DNA from: Dehalococcoidia bacterium
Lineage (GTDB): Bacteria; Chloroflexota; Dehalococcoidia; UBA6926
Direction: 5' to 3'
DNA: 64,000 nucleotides
NCBI GenBank assembly: GCA_965243495.1
Contig: CBDEUZ010000007.1
Location: 154,450-218,449, forward strand
The notes beneath the pieces were generated by a model. It had not been told where the DNA came from. It ran no database searches and worked only from the letters and a program-made list of their open reading frames with translations. The position numbers and the translations under genes are program-made. Shown piece by piece: positions 19,442-29,516 of the stretch; positions within the stretch are counted from its first letter, which is position 1; each line of letters opens with the position of its first letter.

Positions 19442-21112
19442 GTGAGCAATGAGCAACCTGGGGTGAGCCACCGCATCGCCACGGGCGATGATCGCGAAAT
19501 CGCGACCTACCTTGAGATTGCCCAGCACGCCGAGGCGCGCCACCCTGACGCAGACACGGAACAGCCCCCTGCCCGTGACCTCATCATCGTCATTGATTTC
19601 GGCTCCCAGTACAGCCGTCTTATCGCCCGACGCATCCGTGAACTGAACGTCTATTGCGAGGTGGTGCCTGCCACGACGCCATGGACAGAAATCCAACGGC
19701 TGCGTCCAAAGGGATTCATCTTCTCCGGTGGTCCGGCAAGTGTCTATGAGCCGGACGCGCCCATGGCTCCTGCAGAGGTCTATGAGGCGGGCGTGCCGAT
19801 CCTCGGCATCTGCTACGGAATGCAGCTCCTTGCCCACCAGCTTGGCGGAGCCGTCGAGAACTCCACCCACCGCGAATACGGCCACTCCGTGCTTCACCGC
19901 GCCGCCACGATTACCGATCCGCTCCTCGAAGACCTGCCGCCAACCATGCCCGTTTGGATGAGCCACGGCGACCACGTGACGACCCCTCCGGCGGGTTTCC
20001 AGACGCTGGCATTCACGGACAACTCCCCCATCGCGGCAATGGCCAATGAGTCCGGCTACTACGGCATCCAATTCCACCCAGAAGTCGTGCACACGCCCAA
20101 CGGCAAGCAGCTGCTTGAGAATTTTCTGTTCAGGGTCTGCAAGTGCGAGCCGACGTGGACCGCGGCCAACTTCGTCGAGGCCACGGTGGCGCACATCCAC
20201 GAGCAGGTGGGAGACGGCCACGCAATCTGCGCCCTCTCCGGCGGGGTCGATTCAGCAGTAGCCGCCGCCCTCGTCCACCGCGCCATCGGAGACCGGCTCA
20301 CCTGCATCTTCGTCAATAACGGCCTCCTTCGTAAGGATGAACCGGAACGACTGCGCGAGACGTTCGAGCGCAACCTCCACATGAATCTCATCGTCAGCGA
20401 GTCCACGGACAGGTTTCTTGACCGCCTTGAGGGAATCACCGACCCGGAAACAAAGCGAAAGACCATCGGCGAGGAGTTCATCTGGGTGTTCGAGGAGGAG
20501 GCGGGCAAGCTCGGCGAGGTCGATTTCCTCGTGCAGGGCACCACCTACCCTGATGTCATCGAGAGCCTGACCGCGGACAACACCGCCTCCGCCGTCATCA
20601 AGACCCACCACAACGTCGGCGGCCTGCCGGAGGAGATGCGACTGGAACTGGTTGAGCCGCTGCGCTACCTCTTTAAGGACGAGGTTCGCGCTGTCGGCTC
20701 TGAGTTGGGTCTGCCCGATGAAATCGTCTGGCGGCAGCCGTTCCCCGGACCGGGCCTGGCCATCCGCATCCTCGGCGAGGTGACACGCGAAGGATTGCAT
20801 ACGCTCCGCGAGGCCGACGCCATCGTCAACGAGGAGATCCGCAACGCCAACCTGACACGGGAGCTCTGGCAGTCGTTTGCCGTCCTGACCGCCTCCCGAA
20901 CCGTCGGCGTGCAGGGCGACTTTCGGACGTATGGAAACGTCATCGCCATCCGCGCCGTCACCTCTGAAGACGCCATGACCGCCGATTGGGCGCGCCTGCC
21001 CTACGACCTGCTGGCCCGTATATCTTCGCGAATCGCCAACGAGGCCCCAAACGTCAACCGCGTCGTCTACGACATCACCAGCAAACCCCCGGGAACAATA
21101 GAGTGGGAATAG
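19442..21112 (+). CDS. guaA: GMP synthase (glutamine-hydrolysing)
   Basis: Class I GATase domain ([11 protein letters not shown], catalytic Cys) plus ATP-pyrophosphatase domain ([14 protein letters not shown]-loop) and C-terminal dimerisation domain. There is a roughly 45-aa N-terminal extension if ATG 19442 is used. Confidence 0.9.
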   Translation: MSNEQPGVSHRIATGDDREIATYLEIAQHAEARHPDADTEQPPARDLIIVIDFGSQYSRLIARRIRELNVYCEVVPATTPWTEIQRLRPKGFIFSGGPASVYEPDAPMAPAEVYEAGVPILGICYGMQLLAHQLGGAVENSTHREYGHSVLHRAATITDPLLEDLPPTMPVWMSHGDHVTTPPAGFQTLAFTDNSPIAAMANESGYYGIQFHPEVVHTPNGKQLLENFLFRVCKCEPTWTAANFVEATVAHIHEQVGDGHAICALSGGVDSAVAAALVHRAIGDRLTCIFVNNGLLRKDEPERLRETFERNLHMNLIVSESTDRFLDRLEGITDPETKRKTIGEEFIWVFEEEAGKLGEVDFLVQGTTYPDVIESLTADNTASAVIKTHHNVGGLPEEMRLELVEPLRYLFKDEVRAVGSELGLPDEIVWRQPFPGPGLAIRILGEVTREGLHTLREADAIVNEEIRNANLTRELWQSFAVLTASRTVGVQGDFRTYGNVIAIRAVTSEDAMTADWARLPYDLLARISSRIANEAPNVNRVVYDITSKPPGTIEWE

Positions 21113-21117
21113 CTGCT

Positions 21118-21165
21118 CCCTACTGTCATTCTGAGCGCAGCGAAGAATCTAAAGACTCATTGCCC
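21118..21165 (+). repeat. Single module C copy (gtcattctgagcgcagcgaagaatctaaagactcattg)
   Basis: Exact family C consensus between guaA and purD. Confidence 0.8.
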
Positions 21166-21199
21166 AACCACCTCTGCCCCCTCCTGATATGGTGACCCC

Positions 21200-23077
21200 A
21201 TGTTAAAAACAATCCTGCTGCGCGTGACCCTCATGGCGCTTGCCGTCGTGTTCATGCTCATCGGCGTCGTCACCGCCCTTTTCCCGCGACCCGTCATCGA
21301 ACTCCTGGATCTCGGGCAGGTAAATGTCATCCTCCTCGGGATGTGGGGCGCTATGCTCGTTCTGCTCGGCGTCGGCGCATTCCTTGCAAACCGTGACCCC
21401 ATACGACACATCCTTTGGCTGCGGCTCACAATTGGATTCCTCTTTGGCATCGCGCTCTACGCCGGACTCGTGTACTGGGGCGGCGGCATCTCCCGGGACA
21501 CGGCAATCGTCCTAGCCGTCATCGGCATCGTCCCCGGCGTCGGGTTGCTTATCCTCTTCCCGCGCTCCCCGCGTTTCGTTTCCACCCGTGTTCGCTCCCC
21601 CGACGGTGTGCTCTTCACGGACGCGGACGACGGCGGCCTCTTCGTGCGCCGGAGCGGCGGCAGGTTCAACCCCTATGTCATCCGCCTCCCTCGCGAGCCC
21701 GCCATGCCGGACACGCATCACCGCCTCCACCCGACTACGGTCACAAACCCCTCCCGCGTCATGGTCGTCGGCGGCGGCGCGCGAGAACACGCCATCGCCG
21801 TCAAACTCCGGCAGAGCGCCGGACTCGAAGAACTCTACATGGCCCCAGGCAACGGCGGCACGGCATCGATCGCCGAGAATCTCCCCATATCAGCCACCGA
21901 CACCGAAGCCATCGTGCAGGCGGCACAGGAACGAAACGTCGAGCTTGTCATCATCGGCCCCGAAGCTCCGCTGGCCCTCGGCCTCGGCGACGCCGTCCGT
22001 GAGGCCGGTATCCTCTGCCTCGGCCCCTCACAAGAGGCGGCGCGCATTGAGTGGAGCAAGTCTTTCGCCAAGCAGGTCATGGACGACGCCGGAGTTCCCA
22101 CCGCCGCATGGACGAAATTTGACAACTACTCACAGGCCACGGAGTACGTCCGCGCGCACCCCGCTCCCCACGTCATCAAGGCGGACGGCCTCACAGCCGG
22201 AAAGGGCGTTGCCGTCTGCGAAACGGAACAGGATGCCGTCACATTCCTGCACCACGTCATGCGACTCCGCGACTTCGGCGAGTCAGGAGATTCCGTGGTG
22301 ATCGAGGAGACACTGTCGGGCGTCGAACTCTCCGTCTTTGCGTTCTGCGACGGCGAGCAGATGCTGCTCGTTCCCCCCGCCTGCGACTACAAGCGCATCT
22401 ACGACGACGATGAAGGTCCCAACACCGGCGGCATGGGATCATATAGCCCGCCGGAGTTCGTCACGGACAAACTCATGGCGGACATCCGTGACACCATCAT
22501 CCGCCCCGTCCTGCGCCGCATGGTTGAACTCGGCACGCCTTACAGCGGCATCCTTTACGCCGGACTCATGCTCACAGACGATGGCCCCAAGGTCATTGAA
22601 TTCAACTCCCGCATGGGCGACCCCGAGGCTCAGGTCGTCCTGCCCCGTATCACGTCCGATTTCCTGCAGCTCGCCGCCGCAACGGCCGCAGGCAAACTTG
22701 AAGACGTGCATCTTGAGTGGACGCCCCAGCCCGCCGTCGGCATCGCCATCGCTTCCGAGGGCTACCCCGGCGACTACCCAACCGGCCTGGAAATCACCGG
22801 ACTCAACACCCTTGACTACGATGCAATTGCCTTCCATGCCGGCACCCGCCTCGAACCCGCCCCTTCCGCTCACCCTGAGCCTGTCGAAGGGCCCAAACTC
22901 GTAACCGCCGGAGGCCGTGTCCTCACCATCACCGCGCTCGGCGACACGATGGAGCAGGCACGCGAGAAAGCCTACGCGAACGCCGCCCGCGTCCAGTTCC
23001 AGGGCGCGCACTACCGCAAAGACATCGCCCTCCGCGCCGTACCCGCTAAGCCCACCGAAGAACACCCTTCACCCTGA
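21200..23077 (+). CDS. purD: Phosphoribosylamine--glycine ligase with in-frame N-terminal 4-TM membrane extension
   Basis: Residues from MVVGGGAREHAIAV (ATG 21761) to the end are a complete PurD (438 aa). Upstream, the same frame is open back to ATG 21200 and encodes about 120 aa of clear TM helices with coding-like GC3. There is no stop between the two parts. A family B repeat fragment is embedded at 22855-22895 (..AHPEPVEG..). Confidence 0.8.
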   Translation: MLKTILLRVTLMALAVVFMLIGVVTALFPRPVIELLDLGQVNVILLGMWGAMLVLLGVGAFLANRDPIRHILWLRLTIGFLFGIALYAGLVYWGGGISRDTAIVLAVIGIVPGVGLLILFPRSPRFVSTRVRSPDGVLFTDADDGGLFVRRSGGRFNPYVIRLPREPAMPDTHHRLHPTTVTNPSRVMVVGGGAREHAIAVKLRQSAGLEELYMAPGNGGTASIAENLPISATDTEAIVQAAQERNVELVIIGPEAPLALGLGDAVREAGILCLGPSQEAARIEWSKSFAKQVMDDAGVPTAAWTKFDNYSQATEYVRAHPAPHVIKADGLTAGKGVAVCETEQDAVTFLHHVMRLRDFGESGDSVVIEETLSGVELSVFAFCDGEQMLLVPPACDYKRIYDDDEGPNTGGMGSYSPPEFVTDKLMADIRDTIIRPVLRRMVELGTPYSGILYAGLMLTDDGPKVIEFNSRMGDPEAQVVLPRITSDFLQLAAATAAGKLEDVHLEWTPQPAVGIAIASEGYPGDYPTGLEITGLNTLDYDAIAFHAGTRLEPAPSAHPEPVEGPKLVTAGGRVLTITALGDTMEQAREKAYANAARVQFQGAHYRKDIALRAVPAKPTEEHPSP

Positions 23078-23079
23078 AC

Positions 23080-23345
23080 CCATTTGAAAAGTCCCCGTTC
23101 GCCCTGAGCGTAGTCGAAGGGGGCTCTCGAACGGGGAGCCGCTCCCACTCTTACTTCGTCATTCCCGCGAAAGCGGGAATCCAGTACGGCGCGCAGCGCC
23201 GTCTAACTTGTCATTCCGAGCGTAGCCGAGGAATCTAAAGCCTCAATTGACCGCCAAAGCCGGAACGCGGCGGACAAACGCCACAAACCAACCTCACCTG
23301 AACGCGAACTTTGGCCGTAGGCACTGCCTACCCCACCCCCACTAA
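23080..23345. repeat. Mosaic repeat array (B, A, C, E)
   Basis: B at 23095-23140, A at 23155-23205, C at 23208-23250, E (..cgcgaactttggccgtaggcactgcctaccc) at 23255-23335. Confidence 0.85.
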
Positions 23346-23388
23346 TGCCATAATCTCTGTAGGTGCATCACCAAAGGGGGTAACACGA

Positions 23389-23850
23389 ATGGCCGCAATC
23401 GTTGGCATTCTCATGGGCAGCCGCTCCGATGAAGAGCTCGTTCAACAGACGCAGAAAGTCCTTGAGGACCTCGGCATCGAGTACGAGACAAACGTCCACT
23501 CCGCGCACCGCACCCCGGACAAGGTCGCCGAATACGTCCGAACCGCCCAGGATCGCGGCATCGATGTCCTCATCGGCGTCGCAGGCGCAGCAGCGCACCT
23601 ACCGGGTGTTATGTCTGCCTACACCACCCTGCCCGTCATCGGCGTCCCCGCCACCGGCAGCGCCCTCAACGGCCTCGACGCCCTCTACTCCATCGTCCAG
23701 ATGCCGCCCGGCGTCCCCGTCGCATCCGTCGCCGTCGGCTCAATGGGCGCGCGCAACGCCGCCTACCTAGCCGCGTCCATCCTCGCCCTCAAACATCCTC
23801 ACGTCCGTGAAAGCTATGAAGCGTTCCGCCGAAAGCAGTCAGAGGGCTAA
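23389..23850 (+). CDS. purE: 5-(carboxyamino)imidazole ribonucleotide mutase
   Basis: Classic PurE sequence (IVGILMGSRSD..HRTP..AGAAAHLPGVMSAYTTLPVIGVP). RBS AAGGGGG before ATG 23389. Confidence 0.9.
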   Translation: MAAIVGILMGSRSDEELVQQTQKVLEDLGIEYETNVHSAHRTPDKVAEYVRTAQDRGIDVLIGVAGAAAHLPGVMSAYTTLPVIGVPATGSALNGLDALYSIVQMPPGVPVASVAVGSMGARNAAYLAASILALKHPHVRESYEAFRRKQSEG

Positions 23851-23928
23851 ATCAACAGTCGGACCCGAAGAAGGAACAACCCAAGAGTCCCTCTCCCACT
23901 GAGAGAGGGTTAGGGTGAGGGCAACAGA

Positions 23929-25218
23929 ATGATCGACCGCTACGCCCGGGACGCCATGAAGGCCGTCTGGCAGGACCAATTCAAGTTCGAAACATGGCTT
24001 GAGGTGGAGCTTGCCGTCTGCAGGGCGTGGGCGGAGCATGGCGAGATTCCTGCCGAGGACATTCCCCTGCTGGAACGCGCCACTTTTGACATGCCCCACT
24101 GGCAAGAGGCGTTCAAGACGACGCGCCATGACGTGACCGCGTTTCTCTCCTCCATCTCCCGCGATCTCGGCCCGGAGAGCCGCCACATCCACAAGGGCCT
24201 CACGTCCAACGACGTGTGGGACACGGCCACCGCGCTGCAGCTCCGCGCCGCCGCCAACATCCTCCTTGAGGACATCGACAAGCTCGAAGAAGCCATCACC
24301 CGCCGCGCCGTCGAGCACAAGAACACCCTGATGATGGGGCGAACACACGGCGTCCACGCGGAGCCCACCACCCTTGGCCTCAAACTTGCCCTCTGGGTGG
24401 AAGAGACGCGCCGCATGAAGCAGCGACTTGAGCAGGCCGCGCGCGGTGTCAGCGTCGGCAAGTTCTCGGGCGCAGTCGGCACCCACGCCACCCTGCCGCC
24501 CGAGGTCGAGAAAACGGCCTGCCGATTCCTGGGGTTGGAAGTTGAAAATATCTCGAGCCAGATCGTGCCGCGTGATCGCCACGCCGAGTTCGTCACAGCG
24601 CTCGCCCTCTGTGCCGCCTCCCTTGAGAAATTCGCCACGGAGATCCGCAGCCTCCAGCGCACGGAGGTGCTTGAGCTGGAAGAACCGTTCCATGCAGGTC
24701 AGACCGGCTCATCCGCCATGCCCCACAAGCGCAACCCCGAGTTGTCCGAGCGCATCTGCGGTCTTGCCCGGCTCATCCGCGGCCATGCTGTCACCGCTCT
24801 CGAGAACGTCGCTCTCTGGCATGAGCGGGATATCTCCCACTCCTCCGCCGAGCGCATCATCCTGCCCGACGCCACCATGGCCCTCGACTACATCCTCGAC
24901 CTCGCCACCTATGTCATCGGCGGCATGGTTGTGTACCCCGACAACATGATGGCGAACGTAGAAAAGACACATGGCCTCGTCTTTTCCCAGCGCGTCATGC
25001 TCGCACTCATCGACAAAGGTCTCACCCGTGACGAGGCCTACAAGGTCACCCAGACCGCCTCCATGGAGAGTTGGAACACCGGCCAGGACTTCCGCGACCT
25101 CCTCCGCCAGAACGCGGATGTCGCCCAACACCTCACCCCGAACGAACTCGAATCCCTCTTCGACTACACCTACTACACCCGCTACGTAGACCAGTCCTTC
25201 GAGAGGATTGGGCTGTAA
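23929..25218 (+). CDS. purB: adenylosuccinate lyase
   Basis: Full-length PurB (MIDRYARDAMKAVWQDQFKFETWLEVELAV..., fumarate-lyase signature GSSAMPHKRNP). Confidence 0.9.
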   Translation: MIDRYARDAMKAVWQDQFKFETWLEVELAVCRAWAEHGEIPAEDIPLLERATFDMPHWQEAFKTTRHDVTAFLSSISRDLGPESRHIHKGLTSNDVWDTATALQLRAAANILLEDIDKLEEAITRRAVEHKNTLMMGRTHGVHAEPTTLGLKLALWVEETRRMKQRLEQAARGVSVGKFSGAVGTHATLPPEVEKTACRFLGLEVENISSQIVPRDRHAEFVTALALCAASLEKFATEIRSLQRTEVLELEEPFHAGQTGSSAMPHKRNPELSERICGLARLIRGHAVTALENVALWHERDISHSSAERIILPDATMALDYILDLATYVIGGMVVYPDNMMANVEKTHGLVFSQRVMLALIDKGLTRDEAYKVTQTASMESWNTGQDFRDLLRQNADVAQHLTPNELESLFDYTYYTRYVDQSFERIGL

Positions 25219-25323
25219 TTGCCCATGCCCACCACCCGCATGTCATTCTGAGCGTAGCGAAGAATCCAAAGACTCGCCCTGCATGTCGACGGGACTCTCA
25301 CACGAACGCCAGGAGCGCTGACC

Positions 25324-25506
25324 ATGCCCGCCAGAGAGGATAATGGTGGCCACGCGCCCACCCGTGGTGAAAAACGCCAGGACAAAAGGCGCCGAGCCCG
25401 CAAGATGGGCGTCAGCGGCAAGAGCTACGTCAACGCCGTCCGCAACGCCATGCTCAAACGCAAAGCCGAGATCGAAGTCCGCGACCGTGAGAATAAATCC
25501 CAATAG
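25324..25506 (+). CDS. Hypothetical small basic protein (60 aa)
   Basis: ORF in a short lower-GC patch after a module C repeat; product is Lys/Arg-rich. Weak evidence and no recognisable family. Confidence 0.25.
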   Translation: MPAREDNGGHAPTRGEKRQDKRRRARKMGVSGKSYVNAVRNAMLKRKAEIEVRDRENKSQ

Positions 25507-25600
25507 GACAATCTATTATTCTGTTGAAACCCGCAAACCATCAATTGCCGTAGAAAAACAATAACTCTGTAGATATTCCCAATACAGAAACAATAAAGAA

Positions 25601-25640
25601 GCGCCCCCGCCGTACGGCGGGGGCGCTTTCGTCGTTCTTG
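25601..25640. terminator. Bidirectional rho-independent terminator
   Basis: GCGCCCCCGCCG-TA-CGGCGGGGGCGC hairpin with T-rich runs on both sides (TTTCGTCGTTCTT plus strand; TTCTTTATTGTTTCTG minus strand). It lies at the 3' end of the minus-strand ABC ATPase pair. Confidence 0.6.
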
Positions 25641-25653
25641 TCAGGGTAGTACT

Positions 25654-26676
25654 TTACACCCGGTGGCACGCCACCCAGTGGTCGCCGCCCATATCCCGGA
25701 ACTCCGGATCCTCCTCATTGCACACATCGATCGCGATGGGGCAGCGGGTGTGGAACCGGCAGCCGGACGGCGGGCGGATCGGGCTCGGCACGTCGCCTGT
25801 AAGCACGATGCGCTCTCGCTGACGCTCAACGATTGGGTCCGGAATCGGCACCGCTGACATCAGCGCGCGCGTGTACGGGTGAAGCGGGTTCTCATACAGC
25901 TCCTCGCGCGTCGCAATCTCCACAATCTTGCCGAGGTACATCACGGCGACCCGGTCGCTGATGTGCCGGACGACGGAAAGATCGTGCGCGATGAAGATGT
26001 ATGTCAGGTCGAACTGCTCCTGCAACTCTTCCAGAAGGTTGATGACCTGCGCCTGGATGGACACGTCGAGCGCCGACACCGGCTCGTCGCAGATGATCAG
26101 GCTTGGTCGCACCGCCAAAGCGCGTGCGATGCCGATGCGCTGCCGCTGGCCGCCGGAGAACTCGTGGGGATAGCGATCGCGCATGTACGGGTTCAGTCCC
26201 ACAACGCGCAGCAGTTCCTCCACCTGGTCCACGTAGTCACCGCGGCTACTCGACATATTGTGGATGCGGATCGGCTCTCCAATGATGGAACCGGCGGTCA
26301 TGCGTGGATTGAGGGAGCTGTACGGATCCTGGAAGATCATCTGCAGTCGACGGCGCATGCGGCGCATCCGACCCGGGCTCAGCTTGGCGAGGTCAGTTCC
26401 TTCGAAAATGACCTCGCCCTGTGTGATGTTGTAGACCTGCATGATGCAGCGCCCCACGGTGGTCTTGCCGCAGCCGGACTCACCCACCACGCCCAGCGTC
26501 TCGCCCTTGCGGACGAAGAAGCTGATGTCATCAACCGCCTTCACGTCGGCGACGTGGCGCGGAATGATTCCCCGGGAATTCACCGGAAAATACATCTTCA
26601 GATTGTTGACTTGAAGAAGAGTATCGTCGGCCAAATTGGTTGCTTCAGCCGAGGCTGCGCTGTCTGCCTGCGTCAT
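25654..26676 (-). CDS. ABC transporter ATP-binding protein (Opp/Dpp F-type)
   Basis: Walker [10 protein letters not shown], signature LSGGQRQR, Walker B, C-terminal oligopeptide-type extension. ATG at 26676 (RBS AGGGAG) overlaps the upstream stop (TAATG). Confidence 0.85.
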   Translation of the reverse strand: MTQADSAASAEATNLADDTLLQVNNLKMYFPVNSRGIIPRHVADVKAVDDISFFVRKGETLGVVGESGCGKTTVGRCIMQVYNITQGEVIFEGTDLAKLSPGRMRRMRRRLQMIFQDPYSSLNPRMTAGSIIGEPIRIHNMSSSRGDYVDQVEELLRVVGLNPYMRDRYPHEFSGGQRQRIGIARALAVRPSLIICDEPVSALDVSIQAQVINLLEELQEQFDLTYIFIAHDLSVVRHISDRVAVMYLGKIVEIATREELYENPLHPYTRALMSAVPIPDPIVERQRERIVLTGDVPSPIRPPSGCRFHTRCPIAIDVCNEEDPEFRDMGGDHWVACHRV

Positions 26677-27698
26677 TAGTTGCTCCCTGCCTGCGCGCCG
26701 GACACCTGCGTCACGTCCACCCAGCACGCCTTGTGTTGATCTGTCGTTCCCTCCACCAGTTCGAAGGGCGGGTATTCGGCGCAACGATCGATTGCGAACG
26801 GACACCGTGGGCGGAAAGAGCATCCACCCGGAAGATTCATGAGATCAGGGGGCATCCCCTCAATCGGATCAAGCTTCGCCCTGCGCGGTTCATCCAGCCG
26901 CGGAACCGAAGAGAGCAGCCCGATCGTATACGGATGCCGCGGGTCCTTGAAGATTTTCTCAGCCGGACCGGACTCGACGATCTTTCCGGCGTACATCACA
27001 TTGATCCAGTGCGCGTAGCGCGCCACCACGCCAAGGTTGTGCGTGATGATGATGACAGCCGTACCCAACTCTTCATTCAGCCGCTGCATCAACTCAAGAA
27101 TCTGCGCCTGAATCGTCACGTCCAGCGCCGTTGTCGGCTCGTCCGCAATCAGCAGGCGTGGCTCGCAGCTCAGCCCCATCGCGATCATCACACGCTGCCT
27201 CATCCCGCCGCTGAACTGGTGCGGGTAGTCGCTCAGGCGATTTCGCCCGTCGGGGATGCCGACCATTTCCAGCAGTTCACCGGCGCGGCTTGAAGCCTGC
27301 TCCCGGTTCATCCCCAAGTGCGTCTCAAGCGCCTCTGTCAACTGGCGGCCGATGGTGAGAACGGGATTGAGAGAGGTCATCGGCTCCTGGAAAATCATGG
27401 CGATCTTCGCGCCGCGCACCTCAAGAACACGCTCCTCGCTCATCTTCAGCATGTCCTCGCCGTCAAGAAGTGCCTCGCCGGCCTCAATGCGCCCCCCGGG
27501 CGGGGGGATCAGCCTCATCACGGAGAGCGCAGTCACGCTCTTGCCGGAGCCACTCTCACCCACGACGCCGACGATCTCGCCCGCATGCACGTCGTAGCTA
27601 ACGCCATCAACGGCCTTGACGATGCCGTCTGTCGTATAAAACCTCGTTACCAGGTCCTTGATTTCCAGAACCTTGGTCTGAGACGTCTCGGTTGCCAC
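26676..27698 (-). CDS. ABC transporter ATP-binding protein (Opp/Dpp D-type)
   Basis: Walker [10 protein letters not shown], signature [11 protein letters not shown] start at 27698 is preceded by GAGGAGG; the longest ORF reaches 27749. Confidence 0.85.
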   Translation of the reverse strand: MATETSQTKVLEIKDLVTRFYTTDGIVKAVDGVSYDVHAGEIVGVVGESGSGKSVTALSVMRLIPPPGGRIEAGEALLDGEDMLKMSEERVLEVRGAKIAMIFQEPMTSLNPVLTIGRQLTEALETHLGMNREQASSRAGELLEMVGIPDGRNRLSDYPHQFSGGMRQRVMIAMGLSCEPRLLIADEPTTALDVTIQAQILELMQRLNEELGTAVIIITHNLGVVARYAHWINVMYAGKIVESGPAEKIFKDPRHPYTIGLLSSVPRLDEPRRAKLDPIEGMPPDLMNLPGGCSFRPRCPFAIDRCAEYPPFELVEGTTDQHKACWVDVTQVSGAQAGSN

Positions 27699-27795
27699 AG
27701 AGCCTCCTCGCTGCACTCCCCCAGGGCACGCATGCCCGCTGCTTACCAACCTTGACCGAACAATCCGGTCGCCACACCTGCCGGTTTCGTTCTCG

Positions 27796-27877
27796 TGGGG
27801 AAGAGGAGACTCGAACTCCTACGCCTTGCGGCACATGATCCTAAATCATGCTCGTCTGCCAGTTCCGACACTTCCCC
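27796..27877 (-). tRNA. tRNA-Leu (anticodon TAG), type II with long variable arm
   Basis: Reverse complement folds as GGGGAAG / D-arm / CATGA-TTTAGGA-TCATG / long variable arm TGCCGCAAGGCGT / AGGAG-TTCGAGT-CTCCT / CTTCCCC + A. Confidence 0.8.
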
Positions 27878-27892
27878 CATTTATTCACCGTG

Positions 27893-27966
<74 letters not shown>

Positions 27967-28149
27967 GCAGTGAATATCTATTGTATGCGTGTTTCGGTCG
28001 GATGACGACAGTACGCCCCGAGTTTCCTCTCCTCCCCATACGTCCATAAGAACGATGCCGTAGCGCCTTCCAAGCGTTACGACAATGCGCGGACGGTAGC
28101 ATACCCCCCGTTCACCGTCAAGCAGCGCACCCACATCCCCACCATTAAA

Positions 28150-28520
28150 GAACCTCTCACCCTAACCCCGTCGAAGGACTTTCGTCATTCCCGCGAAAGC
28201 GGGAATCCAGTGCGGCGCGCAGCGCCGTCTAACTTGTCATTCAGAGCGCAGCGAAGAATCTAAGGAGACTCATCTGGCAAGCATGCCGGAACGCGGCTAG
28301 CCGACTGCAGAGGCAAGACAACCCGGAACGCGAACCTTGGCCGTAGGCACTGCCTACCACGTTCGCCCTGAGCCTGTCGAAGGGGGCTCCCGAACGGGGA
28401 CCTAGTCCCGCCTCCCATGTCATTCCGAGCGCAGTCGAGGAATCCAAAGCCTCACCTGTGCCTTCCCCCTCATTCCGAGCGCAGCCGCGTAATCCGAAAT
28501 CGGATTCCTCAGCCCAAACC
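28150..28520. repeat. Mosaic repeat array (A, C, E, B, C, C-variant)
   Basis: A at 28185-28232, C at 28238-28275, E at 28280-28350, B at 28360-28410, C at 28420-28455. A variant C at 28462-28500 has a different internal hairpin (aatccgaaatcggatt). Confidence 0.85.
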
Positions 28521-28552
28521 GTCACGCCGTATGTATTATCATTTCCCTGCTC

Positions 28553-29509
28553 ATGCTCTCCATATGGTGGGACGGCCTTACCCTCAATGCCCTGGCGCTT
28601 CTTCTGGCTGTTGGGTTGGATCGCGTTTTGCCGGAGCCCCCTGCGAGAATCCACCCGGTCGTTTGGATAGGACGCACCATCGCCGCCCTGGAACGCGCGG
28701 CGCCCCGGAGGCCGACGCCTGCATTCATTTATGGGTGCATCATCGTCATCACGGTGACCGTAATTTCGACAGCTTTAGCATGGCTCGCGGTGATTGCGCT
28801 CGCCTCCATACACCCACTGGTTTACGTGACGGGCAGCGCAATAATCCTGCGCACCACCTTTACGGTAAGGGGTCTCTCCTCCGCGGCAAGGCAGACCCGG
28901 GAGGCCCTGCGAGAGGGTCGACTGGAACCGGCGCAGGCCAGCCTGCGTAACTTGGTCAGTCGCGACCCGACAACCCTGACCCCGCCACTGGTGGCTGCAT
29001 CCGCCATAGAGTCCGTGGCTGAGAACACCACGGACAGCTTCGTGGGTCCCTGGCTGGCATTCGCAGTGTTCGGGGTGCCGGGCGCAGTGGCCTATAGAGC
29101 CGTAAACACGCTGGACAGCATGCTGGGATATCGCGGCAGGTATGAGTACCTTGGCAAGGCCTCCGCTCGTCTGGACGACGCCCTCAACTTTGTACCGGCG
29201 CGGCTGAGCGCCCTCTTCCTATTGCTCGGTGGGGCGCTGGGTCGCCTGCCCGTGCGCCGCGCGTGGTTGATCATGCTGAGAGACCGTCAAAGCACCGCCA
29301 GTCCCAACGCAGGGTGGACTATGAGCGTAATGGCAGGGCTCCTGGGAGTACGGCTGGAGAAGCCGGAGCACTACGTCCTCGGCGAGGGCATGCGAGAGCC
29401 AAACACCGAGGACATTGGCGCGGCAATCAGACTCGCTGAGTGGACTGCGATACTGGGAATATTAGCGGCGCTGGGCTTGCTGACGATGAGGCACGCCATC
29501 ATGGGCTAG
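28553..29509 (+). CDS. cbiB: adenosylcobinamide-phosphate synthase CbiB/CobD
   Basis: 318-aa membrane protein with characteristic N-terminus (LLLAVGLDRVLPEPPARIHPVVWIGRTI) and full-length similarity to CobD/CbiB. Confidence 0.85.
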   Translation: MLSIWWDGLTLNALALLLAVGLDRVLPEPPARIHPVVWIGRTIAALERAAPRRPTPAFIYGCIIVITVTVISTALAWLAVIALASIHPLVYVTGSAIILRTTFTVRGLSSAARQTREALREGRLEPAQASLRNLVSRDPTTLTPPLVAASAIESVAENTTDSFVGPWLAFAVFGVPGAVAYRAVNTLDSMLGYRGRYEYLGKASARLDDALNFVPARLSALFLLLGGALGRLPVRRAWLIMLRDRQSTASPNAGWTMSVMAGLLGVRLEKPEHYVLGEGMREPNTEDIGAAIRLAEWTAILGILAALGLLTMRHAIMG

Positions 29510-29516
29510 GGCGAGG

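Noticed and set aside
28400-28552. Cobalamin riboswitch upstream of cbiB, and purine or ZTP riboswitches upstream of purD and purE
   Set aside because: The leaders are occupied by the mosaic repeats. I could not see a B12-box (GCCACTG-like) or the conserved purine or ZTP riboswitch cores, and cannot confirm this without a covariance-model search.
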